Assembly (NCBI GenBank): GCA_002245135.1
Contig: NGBS01000895.1
Span: 1 to 64,000 of the forward strand
Direction of reading: 5' to 3'
Length of the DNA: 64,000 bases
Source: Proteromonas lacertae
Taxonomy: Eukaryota
In this document: positions 35,838 to 46,511 of the stretch, one piece after another
Position numbering within the stretch: the first letter of the stretch is position 1
Layout: each line of letters opens with the position of its first letter
Position numbers and translations under genes: made by a program
The notes under the pieces: model-generated
The model's input: only the letters and a program-made list of their open reading frames with translations
What the model was told of the DNA's origin: nothing
Databases searched by the model: none

Positions 35838-36866
35838 ATGTTAGTAGTTTTAACAATATTAATAGTGTGTATTTGTGGAATATTATATTTTTTGTTCAAC
35901 AATCTCAATGAAATTATAAATGAATACTATTCCTGCAACTCCAAAATAAAATATATTAACACAGAGATATATCCACCAGCAAATTTAACAGTTTTATTTA
36001 CAATGCTTATTAATTTACCAAAAGAAATTTCAAAATTCTATTTCTTATCGTTAATCAAGGTGAAATACGAAGGACTAATAGTTGTATTAACAAATAATGA
36101 GACAAATAAGTTCTATAGTAATAAATTAAACATTCATTATATAGAAATAACACATGATTATCCTTATTATCCTTTAAACCATAACAGATATCCAATAAAC
36201 ATCAATTTAGTTAAGTATATTATACCTACTTTTATATCTAATCTCTCAAAGTTTTATACAAGAAATGTTGTGAGGTATTTTATATTTTACTTGTGGCTTA
36301 AAGAATATGGTTCAAAATATAAATACTTCATTTTTACTGATTTAAGAGATGTTGTTTTTCAAAAACATCCATTTGCATGGAATATATGTAAAGGCGTTGT
36401 ACTTACTGAAGAAACATACTTAACTTCATTATTAACAATTAGTCCACAATTTAATATTCAGTATTTTAAAAACTATACTAGGATGAATCATACAGTAATA
36501 AATGGAGGATTGTTATATGGCTCATATAATGAATTGAAATGTTTTTTGTATATTTATGCAATGTCATATAGAAGATTTGGCTTTGCAGGAAATGATCAAT
36601 CCCTACTAAACTATTTGTATTATGAATCTAAACCTCAATTAAAATTGAAATGTTCAATTAGAGTTAACAGACATCATACAGGATATGCAAGATGTTTGGC
36701 TTCGTATTTATATTCATCAAATGAAACACCAATTGATAAGACAGGATTCATTGTAAATGGAGATGGAACTTATCCTGCTGTTTTACACCAGTTATATGCA
36801 GGTGTTGAATCAGGAAGTGAGAAAAGGAAAAAAAAGTTCAAAATTCTGATTAATAGTTTAATATAA
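35838..36866 (+). CDS. Putative GT-A nucleotide-sugar transferase, type II membrane
   Basis: N-terminal TM; RY..F..WL, FIFTDLRDVVFQKHPF, INGGLLYG, NDQSLLNYL, VLHQ. Confidence 0.7.
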   Translation: MLVVLTILIVCICGILYFLFNNLNEIINEYYSCNSKIKYINTEIYPPANLTVLFTMLINLPKEISKFYFLSLIKVKYEGLIVVLTNNETNKFYSNKLNIHYIEITHDYPYYPLNHNRYPININLVKYIIPTFISNLSKFYTRNVVRYFIFYLWLKEYGSKYKYFIFTDLRDVVFQKHPFAWNICKGVVLTEETYLTSLLTISPQFNIQYFKNYTRMNHTVINGGLLYGSYNELKCFLYIYAMSYRRFGFAGNDQSLLNYLYYESKPQLKLKCSIRVNRHHTGYARCLASYLYSSNETPIDKTGFIVNGDGTYPAVLHQLYAGVESGSEKRKKKFKILINSLI

Positions 36867-37133
36867 TGTTAAATATTAGATTGAACTATTTTTTCACCTT
36901 TTCTTCGTATATACTTTTCTTATTATAATTATATATATATATATAGTTAATAAATGGTTTATTACAAATTCTATAATATATGAAAATGATCGGCTTGAAA
37001 CAAGATCAAGCTTCATTTAAAAACCATAATTCTTCTAATAGAATAAGTATTTTTATATATTAATGTAGTTTCATTGTAAATTAATATAATATAGTGATAG
37101 AATATATATTCAACATATATGTTATAAAGAGAT

Positions 37134-37994
37134 ATGTTTAGAGTAACACAAAGTGTTTTTCATTTACTATTTATATTATCATTATGTATTATAAGTTTTT
37201 TTATATATGATAAAACCCCTACAGTAAAAGTTGTAGCAAATAGATGCAAATTAAAGAATATTGAAAAAAAGAAAAAAGAGAAGGTGTGGAATGCAGGTAA
37301 CTATATAGATTTAGGAGCAAATAATGGAGATTCTATAGCATGGTTTTATAACATTGAAATATTAGGTTTAAAATCTGTTGTTCCTTATCCAAAAATTCCT
37401 TTAAATATATCAATGAATTTTAATACATACATATTTGAAGCAAATCCTTTTTTATGTAACGACATCTATAGAGTAGTAAATTTCATAAAGAAACACACAA
37501 AATTGGTTAATTTTAATGTTTATTGTCCTGTTATAGTAAGTACATATAATGGAACTGATGTAATGAGTATTGACAAAGATGATTTATATTCATCAAAGTT
37601 TTACAATTCTAATGTGAATTATAACTCAAACAGACAGAATTATACTATGCCAGTGGTTAATATTACAAATTTCATAGAAGAGAATATAAGTCCAAGCGAT
37701 TTTAATGTTATGAAATTTGATGTAGAAGGTGAAGAACATTATATCTTCCCTGAATTAATTAAAACCAATCAGCTACTAAAGTTTGACATACTTTATTCAG
37801 AATTTCATAGAGCAGCTGTTAACAATCCTGCAAAAGCATATGCTACAAAAATATATAATGATTTTCTCAATTATACAATGACTTATGGTATTGAAACATA
37901 TGAGGAAAGAAGTATAAGTCAAAACCAATTAGAAAGACATTTAGATCTGTATAAAGAATTGATGTATTGCAGAAAAGGAATATTTAAAATGTAA
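37134..37994 (+). CDS. FkbM-family (Methyltransf_21) SAM methyltransferase, type II membrane
   Basis: N-terminal TM; YIDLGANNG, IFEANP, VMKFDVEGEE, LYSEFH. Confidence 0.85.
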   Translation: MFRVTQSVFHLLFILSLCIISFFIYDKTPTVKVVANRCKLKNIEKKKKEKVWNAGNYIDLGANNGDSIAWFYNIEILGLKSVVPYPKIPLNISMNFNTYIFEANPFLCNDIYRVVNFIKKHTKLVNFNVYCPVIVSTYNGTDVMSIDKDDLYSSKFYNSNVNYNSNRQNYTMPVVNITNFIEENISPSDFNVMKFDVEGEEHYIFPELIKTNQLLKFDILYSEFHRAAVNNPAKAYATKIYNDFLNYTMTYGIETYEERSISQNQLERHLDLYKELMYCRKGIFKM

Positions 37995-38063
37995 TTACTA
38001 TGTTTTTATAAAATATAGTCGTTTCTTATTGTGGTTTAATAGATAAATCTAATTTAATGTAGG

Positions 38064-39076
38064 ATGAGAGTAGTTGTTACAATATTTATTACTTTTATAT
38101 TTATTTACACAATGACAATAAAACTATTAATCAGAATAAAGCGAATAATTAGAATATACAAAAATGCAATAAATAGTGTCAGTGTCAATTGTGAAGGCGG
38201 TTTAGGTAATAGGTTAATGTCATTTGCAGGAATTATAACATTGTCATTATTTTATGAATCTAAACCAATAAGTATTAATACAAAGAATAATATAATATAC
38301 TAGTAATAAATTGGGATGAATTTGATTTATTTTATCATATACCAAATTATAATATAACATCAAAGTCATACAATTCTAGTTATTTGTTTTCATTATGCCC
38401 ATTTAATAGTGAATCGCTAAATAGTATAAAAGAGTTGAAGAATATATCATTTACATACATATGGTGTGATTTATTAGTAGGAATGATAAATAATTCAAGT
38501 TTTTCTAAGAATCTAAAGGATATTTTCCCATACATTCAAAAAGCAGAGAAAATGAGTTATGTATTTTCTATATATTACTATATATTCAACAAATTGTTAA
38601 TCGTTAATAAACATATAACAAAAAATGTTAATCTGTTTTTATCAAAGTATAGGTTAGTAGATTATATTGGAGTGCAAATGAGAGTAGGAAATGATGATTT
38701 ACATGAAAGACAATTTTCAAGTTTATATGATATAAAAATGATGATAGATTTGGCAAGAAGAAATAAGAAATATAAGAAATGGTTTTTAACAGGAGATTCA
38801 CTGAGATTAAAACTGAATATAAGCAAAACATATAAACAAGTCATTTTATTTTCCAAGAACATATCTATACACTTTGCTTATAATTTAAAAGAATCATCAA
38901 TTATTATTGAACATGAAATTTTGTCAAAATCAAAATTTCTTATAATTTCAAAAAGTACCTATGGATTAACATCTATGCTAAAGTCTGGTTTGTTATTATC
39001 CAAACATAATTTGAGTTATGAAGTAGAATATGGATTAATATTTAATATGAAAAGTAAGTTTAGCAAGTTTCAGTAA
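38064..39076 (+). CDS. Alpha-fucosyltransferase-like type II membrane protein, copy B, one intron (~38272-38303)
   Basis: TM, EGGLGNRL, IGVQMRVG, ISKSTYG; ~380 bp identical (inverted) to copy A. Confidence 0.75.
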
Positions 39077-39084
39077 TATTTTAC

Positions 39085-40068
39085 ATGAATAGAATTAATG
39101 AGTATGGTATTATATACTTACTTATTTTAATTATAATAATGATTATATATATTATAATTTATGTAAACTATGATGAATCTGAGATATTATTTAAAAGCAT
39201 TGTCATGAAAGAATTGTTTTACATTAGAAATACAACCGATAATAACTTACCAATATTATATAGTAGAAGATACACATCTGAATCATACTATGTGAAGAAT
39301 AAGACATTAATCAAAATGGAGAATAAAACAGTAAATTATAATACTAACTTTATCAAAAGACAGTCTAATATCTTAGTTGCAATTCATTCTCACATATCAT
39401 TGTTTTATCATAGATATGTCTTTAGAAAAATATACAAAATATATAAGGATATTCAAGTATTATTCTTTATAGCATTAGATTATAATCAAACATTAAACTC
39501 TCAGTTGTTAAAAGAAATGAAAATTTACCAAGATATTGTTCTATTCAATTTCAATTGCAATTATTATAATCTACATTTTTTAACATATAATTTTCTTAAA
39601 TGGGTTAAGAAGTATAAAAGTTTGTATGATGTGATAGTCAAACAGGATACTGATACATTTGTTAATATTCATATACTTCAATCAATGTTAAAACAAGTGT
39701 TAAATAAAAACAATAAATCATTTGTTTTAGGATATATATGGGGATATGAAAATGTGAATATAAGATATCCTAGCGGAATGTCATATGTATTTTTATCAAA
39801 TTCAATAGATAAATTAGTTGTTCATTTAGATGAAGAATTCGATAGAGTGTATTATGGTTATCCTGAAGATATGTTTTTTGGAAGATTGGCAAGAAGAGCA
39901 AATTTCGATTTTATTGATGCTAATTTTACCTTTAATTACACTACATATATAGAAATTCCTAATATTATATTTGATGCAAAAAAGATATATATGATTCACT
40001 GGTTGAGAATTTCTGAAATAGCATTTTTACATTTGAATTGCAGCAACAGAAGGAATTTCGAAGTATAA
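39085..40068 (+). CDS. GT31-family (beta-1,3-galactosyltransferase-like) glycosyltransferase
   Basis: TM; R..FRK, LLKE...YQDIV.F.F..NY.NL, VKQDTDTFVN, YPSGMSYV, EDMFFG. Confidence 0.85.
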   Translation: MNRINEYGIIYLLILIIIMIIYIIIYVNYDESEILFKSIVMKELFYIRNTTDNNLPILYSRRYTSESYYVKNKTLIKMENKTVNYNTNFIKRQSNILVAIHSHISLFYHRYVFRKIYKIYKDIQVLFFIALDYNQTLNSQLLKEMKIYQDIVLFNFNCNYYNLHFLTYNFLKWVKKYKSLYDVIVKQDTDTFVNIHILQSMLKQVLNKNNKSFVLGYIWGYENVNIRYPSGMSYVFLSNSIDKLVVHLDEEFDRVYYGYPEDMFFGRLARRANFDFIDANFTFNYTTYIEIPNIIFDAKKIYMIHWLRISEIAFLHLNCSNRRNFEV

Positions 40069-40099
40069 TTTAAATATAAATTCATTTTGGTTGTAAAAA

Positions 40100-41005
40100 A
40101 TGGAGTTTTTTGTTACTTTATTATTTCTTGTGTTAATAACCATTATTGTAGTATTGTTATTCTATATTAAGATTAATAATAAATCATGGAAATAAATATA
40201 ATAGAAATTATTCAAAGTGTATAAAATATCTTGATCAGAATTGGGAAAATTTTGAATCAAGAAGAGGACGTTTATCTGATCAACATATAAGAACACAGCT
40301 ATTTCCATTAATCAAAGAGATTATTCCAGTTTTATCAAAAGAACAGTGTATATATGATATTGGTGGAAATATTGGAGATATAACAGAAATGTTTAACAAA
40401 TACTACCCTAACAATTACATATTCACTGTTGAACCTTTAGAAGCTAATTATAAAGAAATGAAATCAAGATTTAATAGAACTAAGAAGATTAAGCTTTACA
40501 ACATTGCATTAGGATCATTTGATGGGAAAAGAGTATCTAATACATTTAATAGTGGAGGTTTAGGAGATTATTTATATCCAGGAAGATTAATGAATGAATT
40601 TAATATTAAATATATGAAAACTGATTCATTTTATAAGAAATTTTGTATATTTATATATATATATATCTTATAGCAAATAATATGGAAATATTCTTTTTCA
40701 AATTAGATACAGAAGGATTTGAAGATGATATTATGTACAATGCAAAGTATTTATTGGAAAATGAAAAAATCAAAATAATATATTTAGAATATCATCAAGG
40801 ATATTGTAAAGAGTATGAATCTAATCTAATTCATTATTTGAATAAATATGGTTTTAATACATATTTAGTGGGAAGTAATTTTCTATTAAGTACTAATGAT
40901 TGTCCAAATTACTCATTAGATAGATTTAGTTTAGGTCATATTATAGGTTTTCATACCACAAAAGAAATTGAAAATGATTTTATAAAGAAGTACAACAAGT
41001 CTTAG
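40100..41005 (+). CDS. FkbM-family methyltransferase, type II membrane; +1 frameshift at ~40189, intron at 40645-40673
   Basis: MEFFVTLLFLVLITIIVVLLFY TM; IYDIGGNIG, VEP, NIALG, FFKLDTEGFE, IYLEY. Confidence 0.75.
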
Positions 41006-41114
41006 TAAATATTTTACACTAAATGGTTATTATGTATTTGATTTTTAATTTTTTAACACTAAAGCTTGATGAAAGTTCAAGCTTACTTTTCAAATAGAAT
41101 ATTATAAGCAGAAT

Positions 41115-42305
41115 ATGAAAATAAGACTAATTATCATATTCGCTATATCTTTAGTTTTATTATCAATATGTTTGTATAGTAAGTATAATAATAGTTTTAT
41201 AGGAAATGATGTAATTAACTCACACATTCTTCCCATCTATAAATTAGGTAAAAACAAGTATATCACATCAGCTCATTATATAGATTATGAAAATTCTATC
41301 AATTTAATTATTTATTCAGATTCAAAAAATATTGAATTTAGCAGATGTGTAATTGTGTATGATAAATTTAAAGACAAATGTAAAGCCAAAATGCAATATG
41401 AAGGAAGTAATTACTATTATCGAATAGAGTTAAAAACTAGAAAGGATGAAAAGCCTTTACTTTTGTTCTTGAATAATTTAACAATAAAATTCAACAATAA
41501 AAAACGAATAGACACAAATTCATTTGTAGTGTGTATATCAATTGTAGTAAAACTAAAAAGGCCTCTTATGCTTATACAATTGATTGAATCATATAGAAAA
41601 TTCGGAGTATCAAAAATTGTTGTAAATTATCAGTCATCATCAGTAGATGTTATAAAGGTATTGAATTATTATAATCAAATGGGCGTTGTAGATATATATC
41701 AATATAATAATACTGTAGATGAGAGGTTTAGAGATATTGAAAATGATGTTAATCCATATATATATTATTTTCAAATATGGAAGATAAATCAATGTTATTT
41801 TGATTATAAAACTCCATCAAATCACATTATTGTATTAGATGTAGATGAAATTCTTTGGCCAGTTAAAGCATCTAATTATAAAGAGCTGTTTAAGTCATTA
41901 CCAAAAATGGATTACTTTTTTTTGCATCAATTCTTTTACAAAATTGAAATTAATATCCCTAGAAATAAAGATCATACAACCGATCTTACAGATGTGGATA
42001 TATTTTCTATAAGGAATTATTGCCCTACTTCCAATGGAATAGCTCACAAATACATAATCCATAATACCAGCAAAATCACTAAAGCTGAAGTTCATTTTGT
42101 ACAATATAAAGAAAATGTCAATCAGCAATATATACCCAATAATATTGCTTATGTTAGACATACCAGGCATTATGATGATAATATAAAGGTAATGTGTATT
42201 AATTCATCTATTACACATAATACATCAGGAGTTGAGAATAAACTTCATCTTTTATCTAAATCAGTTTATAAAAAAATATTGAATAAGATATTTCTAGGGA
42301 GATAA
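41115..42305 (+). CDS. GT92/DUF23-family glycosyltransferase
   Basis: TM; FVVCIS..LIQLIESYRKFGVSKIVV.Y, Q...INQC, IVLDVDEILWP, KYII. Confidence 0.8.
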   Translation: MKIRLIIIFAISLVLLSICLYSKYNNSFIGNDVINSHILPIYKLGKNKYITSAHYIDYENSINLIIYSDSKNIEFSRCVIVYDKFKDKCKAKMQYEGSNYYYRIELKTRKDEKPLLLFLNNLTIKFNNKKRIDTNSFVVCISIVVKLKRPLMLIQLIESYRKFGVSKIVVNYQSSSVDVIKVLNYYNQMGVVDIYQYNNTVDERFRDIENDVNPYIYYFQIWKINQCYFDYKTPSNHIIVLDVDEILWPVKASNYKELFKSLPKMDYFFLHQFFYKIEINIPRNKDHTTDLTDVDIFSIRNYCPTSNGIAHKYIIHNTSKITKAEVHFVQYKENVNQQYIPNNIAYVRHTRHYDDNIKVMCINSSITHNTSGVENKLHLLSKSVYKKILNKIFLGR

Positions 42306-42918
42306 TTCTCAAAACTTTGTTAATACAACATTTTTATCTTCTTTTTTCAATAAAGTTGCGATTACATTCTATGTGTGTTTAAAATGTTGTTATTACCAGA
42401 ATCATAAAAATAAAAATGGTTATATGTCACTCTAACACTATTAATTTCATCTTCTTTATACACACACTATAAATTGTCTGATTATATTTTTTTCTAATTA
42501 ATATCAAATTCACATTACCAAATATGTTCTATATGAAGCTTAATCATAAAAAATAAAATCAAAATATCAAGCTTTTGGCTTGTGATTTTTGATTTTTTTT
42601 TTTTTGAATATTGTAATTAATGTTAGTCAATCAATTATATAGGTACTAGCATTAGAAATGAGAAAGTTATGTAAGTCTTACCAGAATGTTTGCGAATTTT
42701 TCTGTAATAGATTTAAAATTAACTCAATTAACTTGATAGTTAATCGCTTCCCTAAGCTGTAATATTAAGTTTAAATCATGCTTAATTTTTAGCAATTATG
42801 AGAGTATAGATGATTTAATTCTGTATTTCTATGAAGAGGCTGATATAAAGAATTTAATTACAGAAGTAGAAATAGAATAATAAATAAAAAAGGAATTATA
42901 AATTATTAAAATAATAGA

Positions 42919-43767
42919 TTATACAAAGTATTTTTCTATTTCTTCTCTTGTAGTTGATTTATACTTTTGGTTATAATCATAGTGAATAGAGAAGTTATAA
43001 GCTCTATTATTAGAACACAAATCGGTTTTACCATTTAGAAATGATATTAATGTTAAAGAACTTTGATCTTGTCTGTGATTTGATCTATCTGATCCAGGAG
43101 GTGCAATACAATCATGTTGTAAAGCACATTTCTCCCATTCATACAATATTTTTTCTGCTAAACGAGAAGGATACATAAAAGCCACAGTTCCACCAGCACA
43201 ACATGTTTTATTCAACCATTTATCAGGAAAATTGAAATGTTTTAACATTAAAGGATGTGTATATTTCTTAATATCGTGACTAGTTCTTTGAGACCATACT
43301 TTGTTTTTCTTGATATTTTCAATCATATAGTTTATACTTCCAGTTATATTACATCCAGCATCAAGCCAAACAACAGGATGTTTGTATTTTTTATACACTT
43401 CATATATTATTACTGGTTTCCATGCATATTCACCTGCAGCAACTGATATATTGAAATATGATGGATAGTTATTGAAAGGAAAATTTTGTAATAGAAATAA
43501 TGGATGATTGAGTTTATATCTGTTAAGTAAATAAAGTGTATTTTGTGATAATCCTAGATTATATACAATCATCAGAAATCTGTTGTTATGTACATAAAAT
43601 GTGTGAATCATGTTTAATAATAACAATTCGTGGTTTTCTGATCCTCCAGTTACAATTACATAATCATAATCCAATATTTCATTATTCTTTACAAACATAT
43701 TATACATATATATAATAAATATTATAAAAATACAGCTAATGAAAAACTTGGTTTTAAATCTAAACAT
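42919..43767 (-). CDS. DUF1647-like putative glycosyltransferase, type II membrane
   Basis: TM; IVTGGSENH, IVYNLGL, YAWKPVII, VWLDAG, W.KCAL..DCIAP.G, HRQDQSSL. Confidence 0.75.
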   Translation of the reverse strand: MFRFKTKFFISCIFIIFIIYMYNMFVKNNEILDYDYVIVTGGSENHELLLLNMIHTFYVHNNRFLMIVYNLGLSQNTLYLLNRYKLNHPLFLLQNFPFNNYPSYFNISVAAGEYAWKPVIIYEVYKKYKHPVVWLDAGCNITGSINYMIENIKKNKVWSQRTSHDIKKYTHPLMLKHFNFPDKWLNKTCCAGGTVAFMYPSRLAEKILYEWEKCALQHDCIAPPGSDRSNHRQDQSSLTLISFLNGKTDLCSNNRAYNFSIHYDYNQKYKSTTREEIEKYFV

Positions 43768-44678
43768 TAAAATAAATAATTTACATATTTAGAAACAACT
43801 GAAATGTAGTTTAATCCATATTCATTGGTTTTGAATAAAAATTGTATTAGTGGAACAATATTCTCTACCCAATAATGAATAGTATCATTAGGTAGATGTG
43901 GAAGATGTATATCTATTATTTCATTCCAATTAGCAGACATATTCTTTTTCCATTCTTCATTATTATCTCCTCTGTCAAATCTTGTATTATCATATGATCT
44001 TTCATGAAAGTTTATTTTATTTGGATAGAATTTTGATTTTCTTATTTTGTCTCTCATATATATTTCATCAATACAATATCCATATCGTATATAATCTGAA
44101 TCTATTATCTCTTTTACTAATTCATACTCATTTGTTTTGTTTAGCATATCAATTTTTAGTATATCCTCATACATTTGTTTTGTTCCGCTGAAATAACACA
44201 TAGGCCATCTTCTACTTACATATCCATTCAATCCAAAGGATTTTATGGTGAAATTGGTATAAGAATAATCCTGAAAAAATGTATAGTTATATGGAAGCAT
44301 ATCAACATCAGAAATATACAATATACTATTCTCTTTTTTGATTTGCAACGAACTAAAAATTCTGCACAGTTTGGAGAAATATTCTAAAGAATAGTTTTGT
44401 GGAATAACAATCTCTTTATATATAGCTTCTTGTTCAGTTAATTTGTTGATTAACTCATTTGGCAATTTTTGATGTGATATAATGTATATTATTGATGTAT
44501 ATCCAAATATCCTCCACATTTTCACAAAAAGTGGAATGTAAAAGAGATATGTGCCAGATGCTGAAATTCCAACATATTTTTCAAAATTATTACTGTTATA
44601 TATATTTATATAATTGTATAAGAATAAAAAGATGATGAATAATAAAACTGTGATAAAGTAGTTGTATAGTCTTTTCAT
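43767..44678 (-). CDS. Putative DxD glycosyltransferase, type II membrane
   Basis: TM; YLFYIP....W, RIF, LYISDVDMLP, PMCY, DE..M, RFDR, IDIHLP. Confidence 0.65.
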   Translation of the reverse strand: MKRLYNYFITVLLFIIFLFLYNYINIYNSNNFEKYVGISASGTYLFYIPLFVKMWRIFGYTSIIYIISHQKLPNELINKLTEQEAIYKEIVIPQNYSLEYFSKLCRIFSSLQIKKENSILYISDVDMLPYNYTFFQDYSYTNFTIKSFGLNGYVSRRWPMCYFSGTKQMYEDILKIDMLNKTNEYELVKEIIDSDYIRYGYCIDEIYMRDKIRKSKFYPNKINFHERSYDNTRFDRGDNNEEWKKNMSANWNEIIDIHLPHLPNDTIHYWVENIVPLIQFLFKTNEYGLNYISVVSKYVNYLF

Positions 44679-45725
44679 ATGTATGTTGTGTTTTTATTCA
44701 TTTTGTTATTTCTAGCTTCTATTATGAATTATTACTATTCATTTTCAAATAATAATGAATATAATAATATTAGGAAGAAAGTATATGAAATTTTAACATC
44801 AGACATTTATGATAGATTGTTTAAAAATGTTAGTTTAATATACTTGGGAAATAGAGTAAATTACAAGAATAATATACTAAAATACGCGTTTGTAAGTTTT
44901 ATAACTGGTGAAGATTATATTAAATTGATAAATGGAACTATATACTCAATACACCAATTTTCTAATTATCCTATAGTTTTATATGTTGCTGGTGTAATAA
45001 CAAAGACAATGAATGAAGTATTTTCACATTACGATAGATTATTAGTTTATTCTATTCCGCCTGAAACAACATCTCCTTATTTTATAAAATTAAGAGCTTC
45101 ATTATTAGCTCCAGTTTTGGTAGGTCAAATAGTTGAAGCAGATACAATAGTATTACCTGGCGCAGATTGTTTATTTAAAAGAATAGAAGAAGAAATTAAT
45201 GAAAAATATCCTTTTCCAATGATGCCTAGACATCCTGATATAAGAGGAGTTGAAAAGGGAAATGGAACAACAAACATTCTTGATTATCCTATGAATAAAA
45301 GATCAATGAGATATATGCATGCTCATATGTCTTGGACTTATCATGCTTTACCATTTATAGCATTTGTGTATAACAAATCTTTCATATATGACTATGGCAA
45401 TGACGAACATGCTTTAAATATCAATTTGTGGGAAAGAAAAGCAAATAAACAATGGTGTATTTATGATCCATATTATAGTGTAGTAGATATATCACATTCT
45501 AATGATGTCTTCTATAAAATGGATGATATTCTGACGATATATAATTTCATTCATGGATGTAAATCTTTCACGCATCAACAGAGAATGATGAATAAACTAA
45601 CACTACTTAAACAAAATGAATATAAAATAATTTACTCTGCAAACAAATCTATTCATTTTTCACAATCCTGTAAATTAGATAATTTAATTTTAAAAGAAAT
45701 TTATAAGGAAAATTGTTTTTTATAG
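44679..45725 (+). CDS. Putative GT-A glycosyltransferase, type II membrane
   Basis: TM; SIHQFSNYPIVLY, FIKL.A.L, IVEADTI, NDEHALN..LW, FIHGCK. Confidence 0.65.
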   Translation: MYVVFLFILLFLASIMNYYYSFSNNNEYNNIRKKVYEILTSDIYDRLFKNVSLIYLGNRVNYKNNILKYAFVSFITGEDYIKLINGTIYSIHQFSNYPIVLYVAGVITKTMNEVFSHYDRLLVYSIPPETTSPYFIKLRASLLAPVLVGQIVEADTIVLPGADCLFKRIEEEINEKYPFPMMPRHPDIRGVEKGNGTTNILDYPMNKRSMRYMHAHMSWTYHALPFIAFVYNKSFIYDYGNDEHALNINLWERKANKQWCIYDPYYSVVDISHSNDVFYKMDDILTIYNFIHGCKSFTHQQRMMNKLTLLKQNEYKIIYSANKSIHFSQSCKLDNLILKEIYKENCFL

Positions 45726-45761
45726 TTATTTTTCCAAAAATATTTCATCTTTTCATCTAAT

Positions 45762-46484
45762 ATGTTGCTTTTATTATTTCTTTTATTAATTGCAATAATA
45801 TTTATAGCTGTTATGCTATTTTATAGAAGTAATAGTAAAAGATATAATATATGTTCATGGAGTGGAAAAAAGAAATATTTAAACACTAGTTATGAAGATA
45901 ATTACAAAGTAAAGTTAGTATATGATATTCTAAAAAAAATAAATATTGAATATTTTCTTATGGATGGTTCATTGTTAGGTTCATATAGAAATGGGGGTTT
46001 TATTCATAATGATAATGATTTTGATGTAGCTATTCCTGTTTGGTTAAATAGTAATATATTTCATTGTAAAGAGAAAATATATATAGATATAATAGATTAT
46101 GGATATGATTGTATAAAATTTCCCAGCAATTTTACAATATGCAACAAAACAAAGAAAGATTATCTAAAAATTTTCTATGATTATGCTAAGCCTCATCTAA
46201 AGAACATAAGACATAATTATCAAGATATGCATGGCGTTGTAGGATTATTTTTAGATGGATTTACAGTTGATTTGTGGTTGATGATAGGTGATGAGTCATC
46301 CTACAGAGTGAAAGATGAATTATGTAAATGTAAATTTTCAGAATTTTACATGAATTGTATAGAAAATCCTTTACCATCATTTATGAGTAAATATGGATCG
46401 GATTTTTACAAGCCTATTCCTAAAGGCCAACTTAAGCATAGATGTATAGAGCATATTCCTAATATATATATAAAAAAGGAATAA
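45762..46484 (+). CDS. LicD/fukutin-family nucleotidyl/phosphotransferase, type II membrane
   Basis: TM; YFLMDGSLLGSYRNGGFIHNDNDFDV, VDLW, KYG.DF..P. Confidence 0.88.
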   Translation: MLLLLFLLLIAIIFIAVMLFYRSNSKRYNICSWSGKKKYLNTSYEDNYKVKLVYDILKKINIEYFLMDGSLLGSYRNGGFIHNDNDFDVAIPVWLNSNIFHCKEKIYIDIIDYGYDCIKFPSNFTICNKTKKDYLKIFYDYAKPHLKNIRHNYQDMHGVVGLFLDGFTVDLWLMIGDESSYRVKDELCKCKFSEFYMNCIENPLPSFMSKYGSDFYKPIPKGQLKHRCIEHIPNIYIKKE

Positions 46485-46511
46485 ATATCCATAAATTATA
46501 TAATTTAATTA

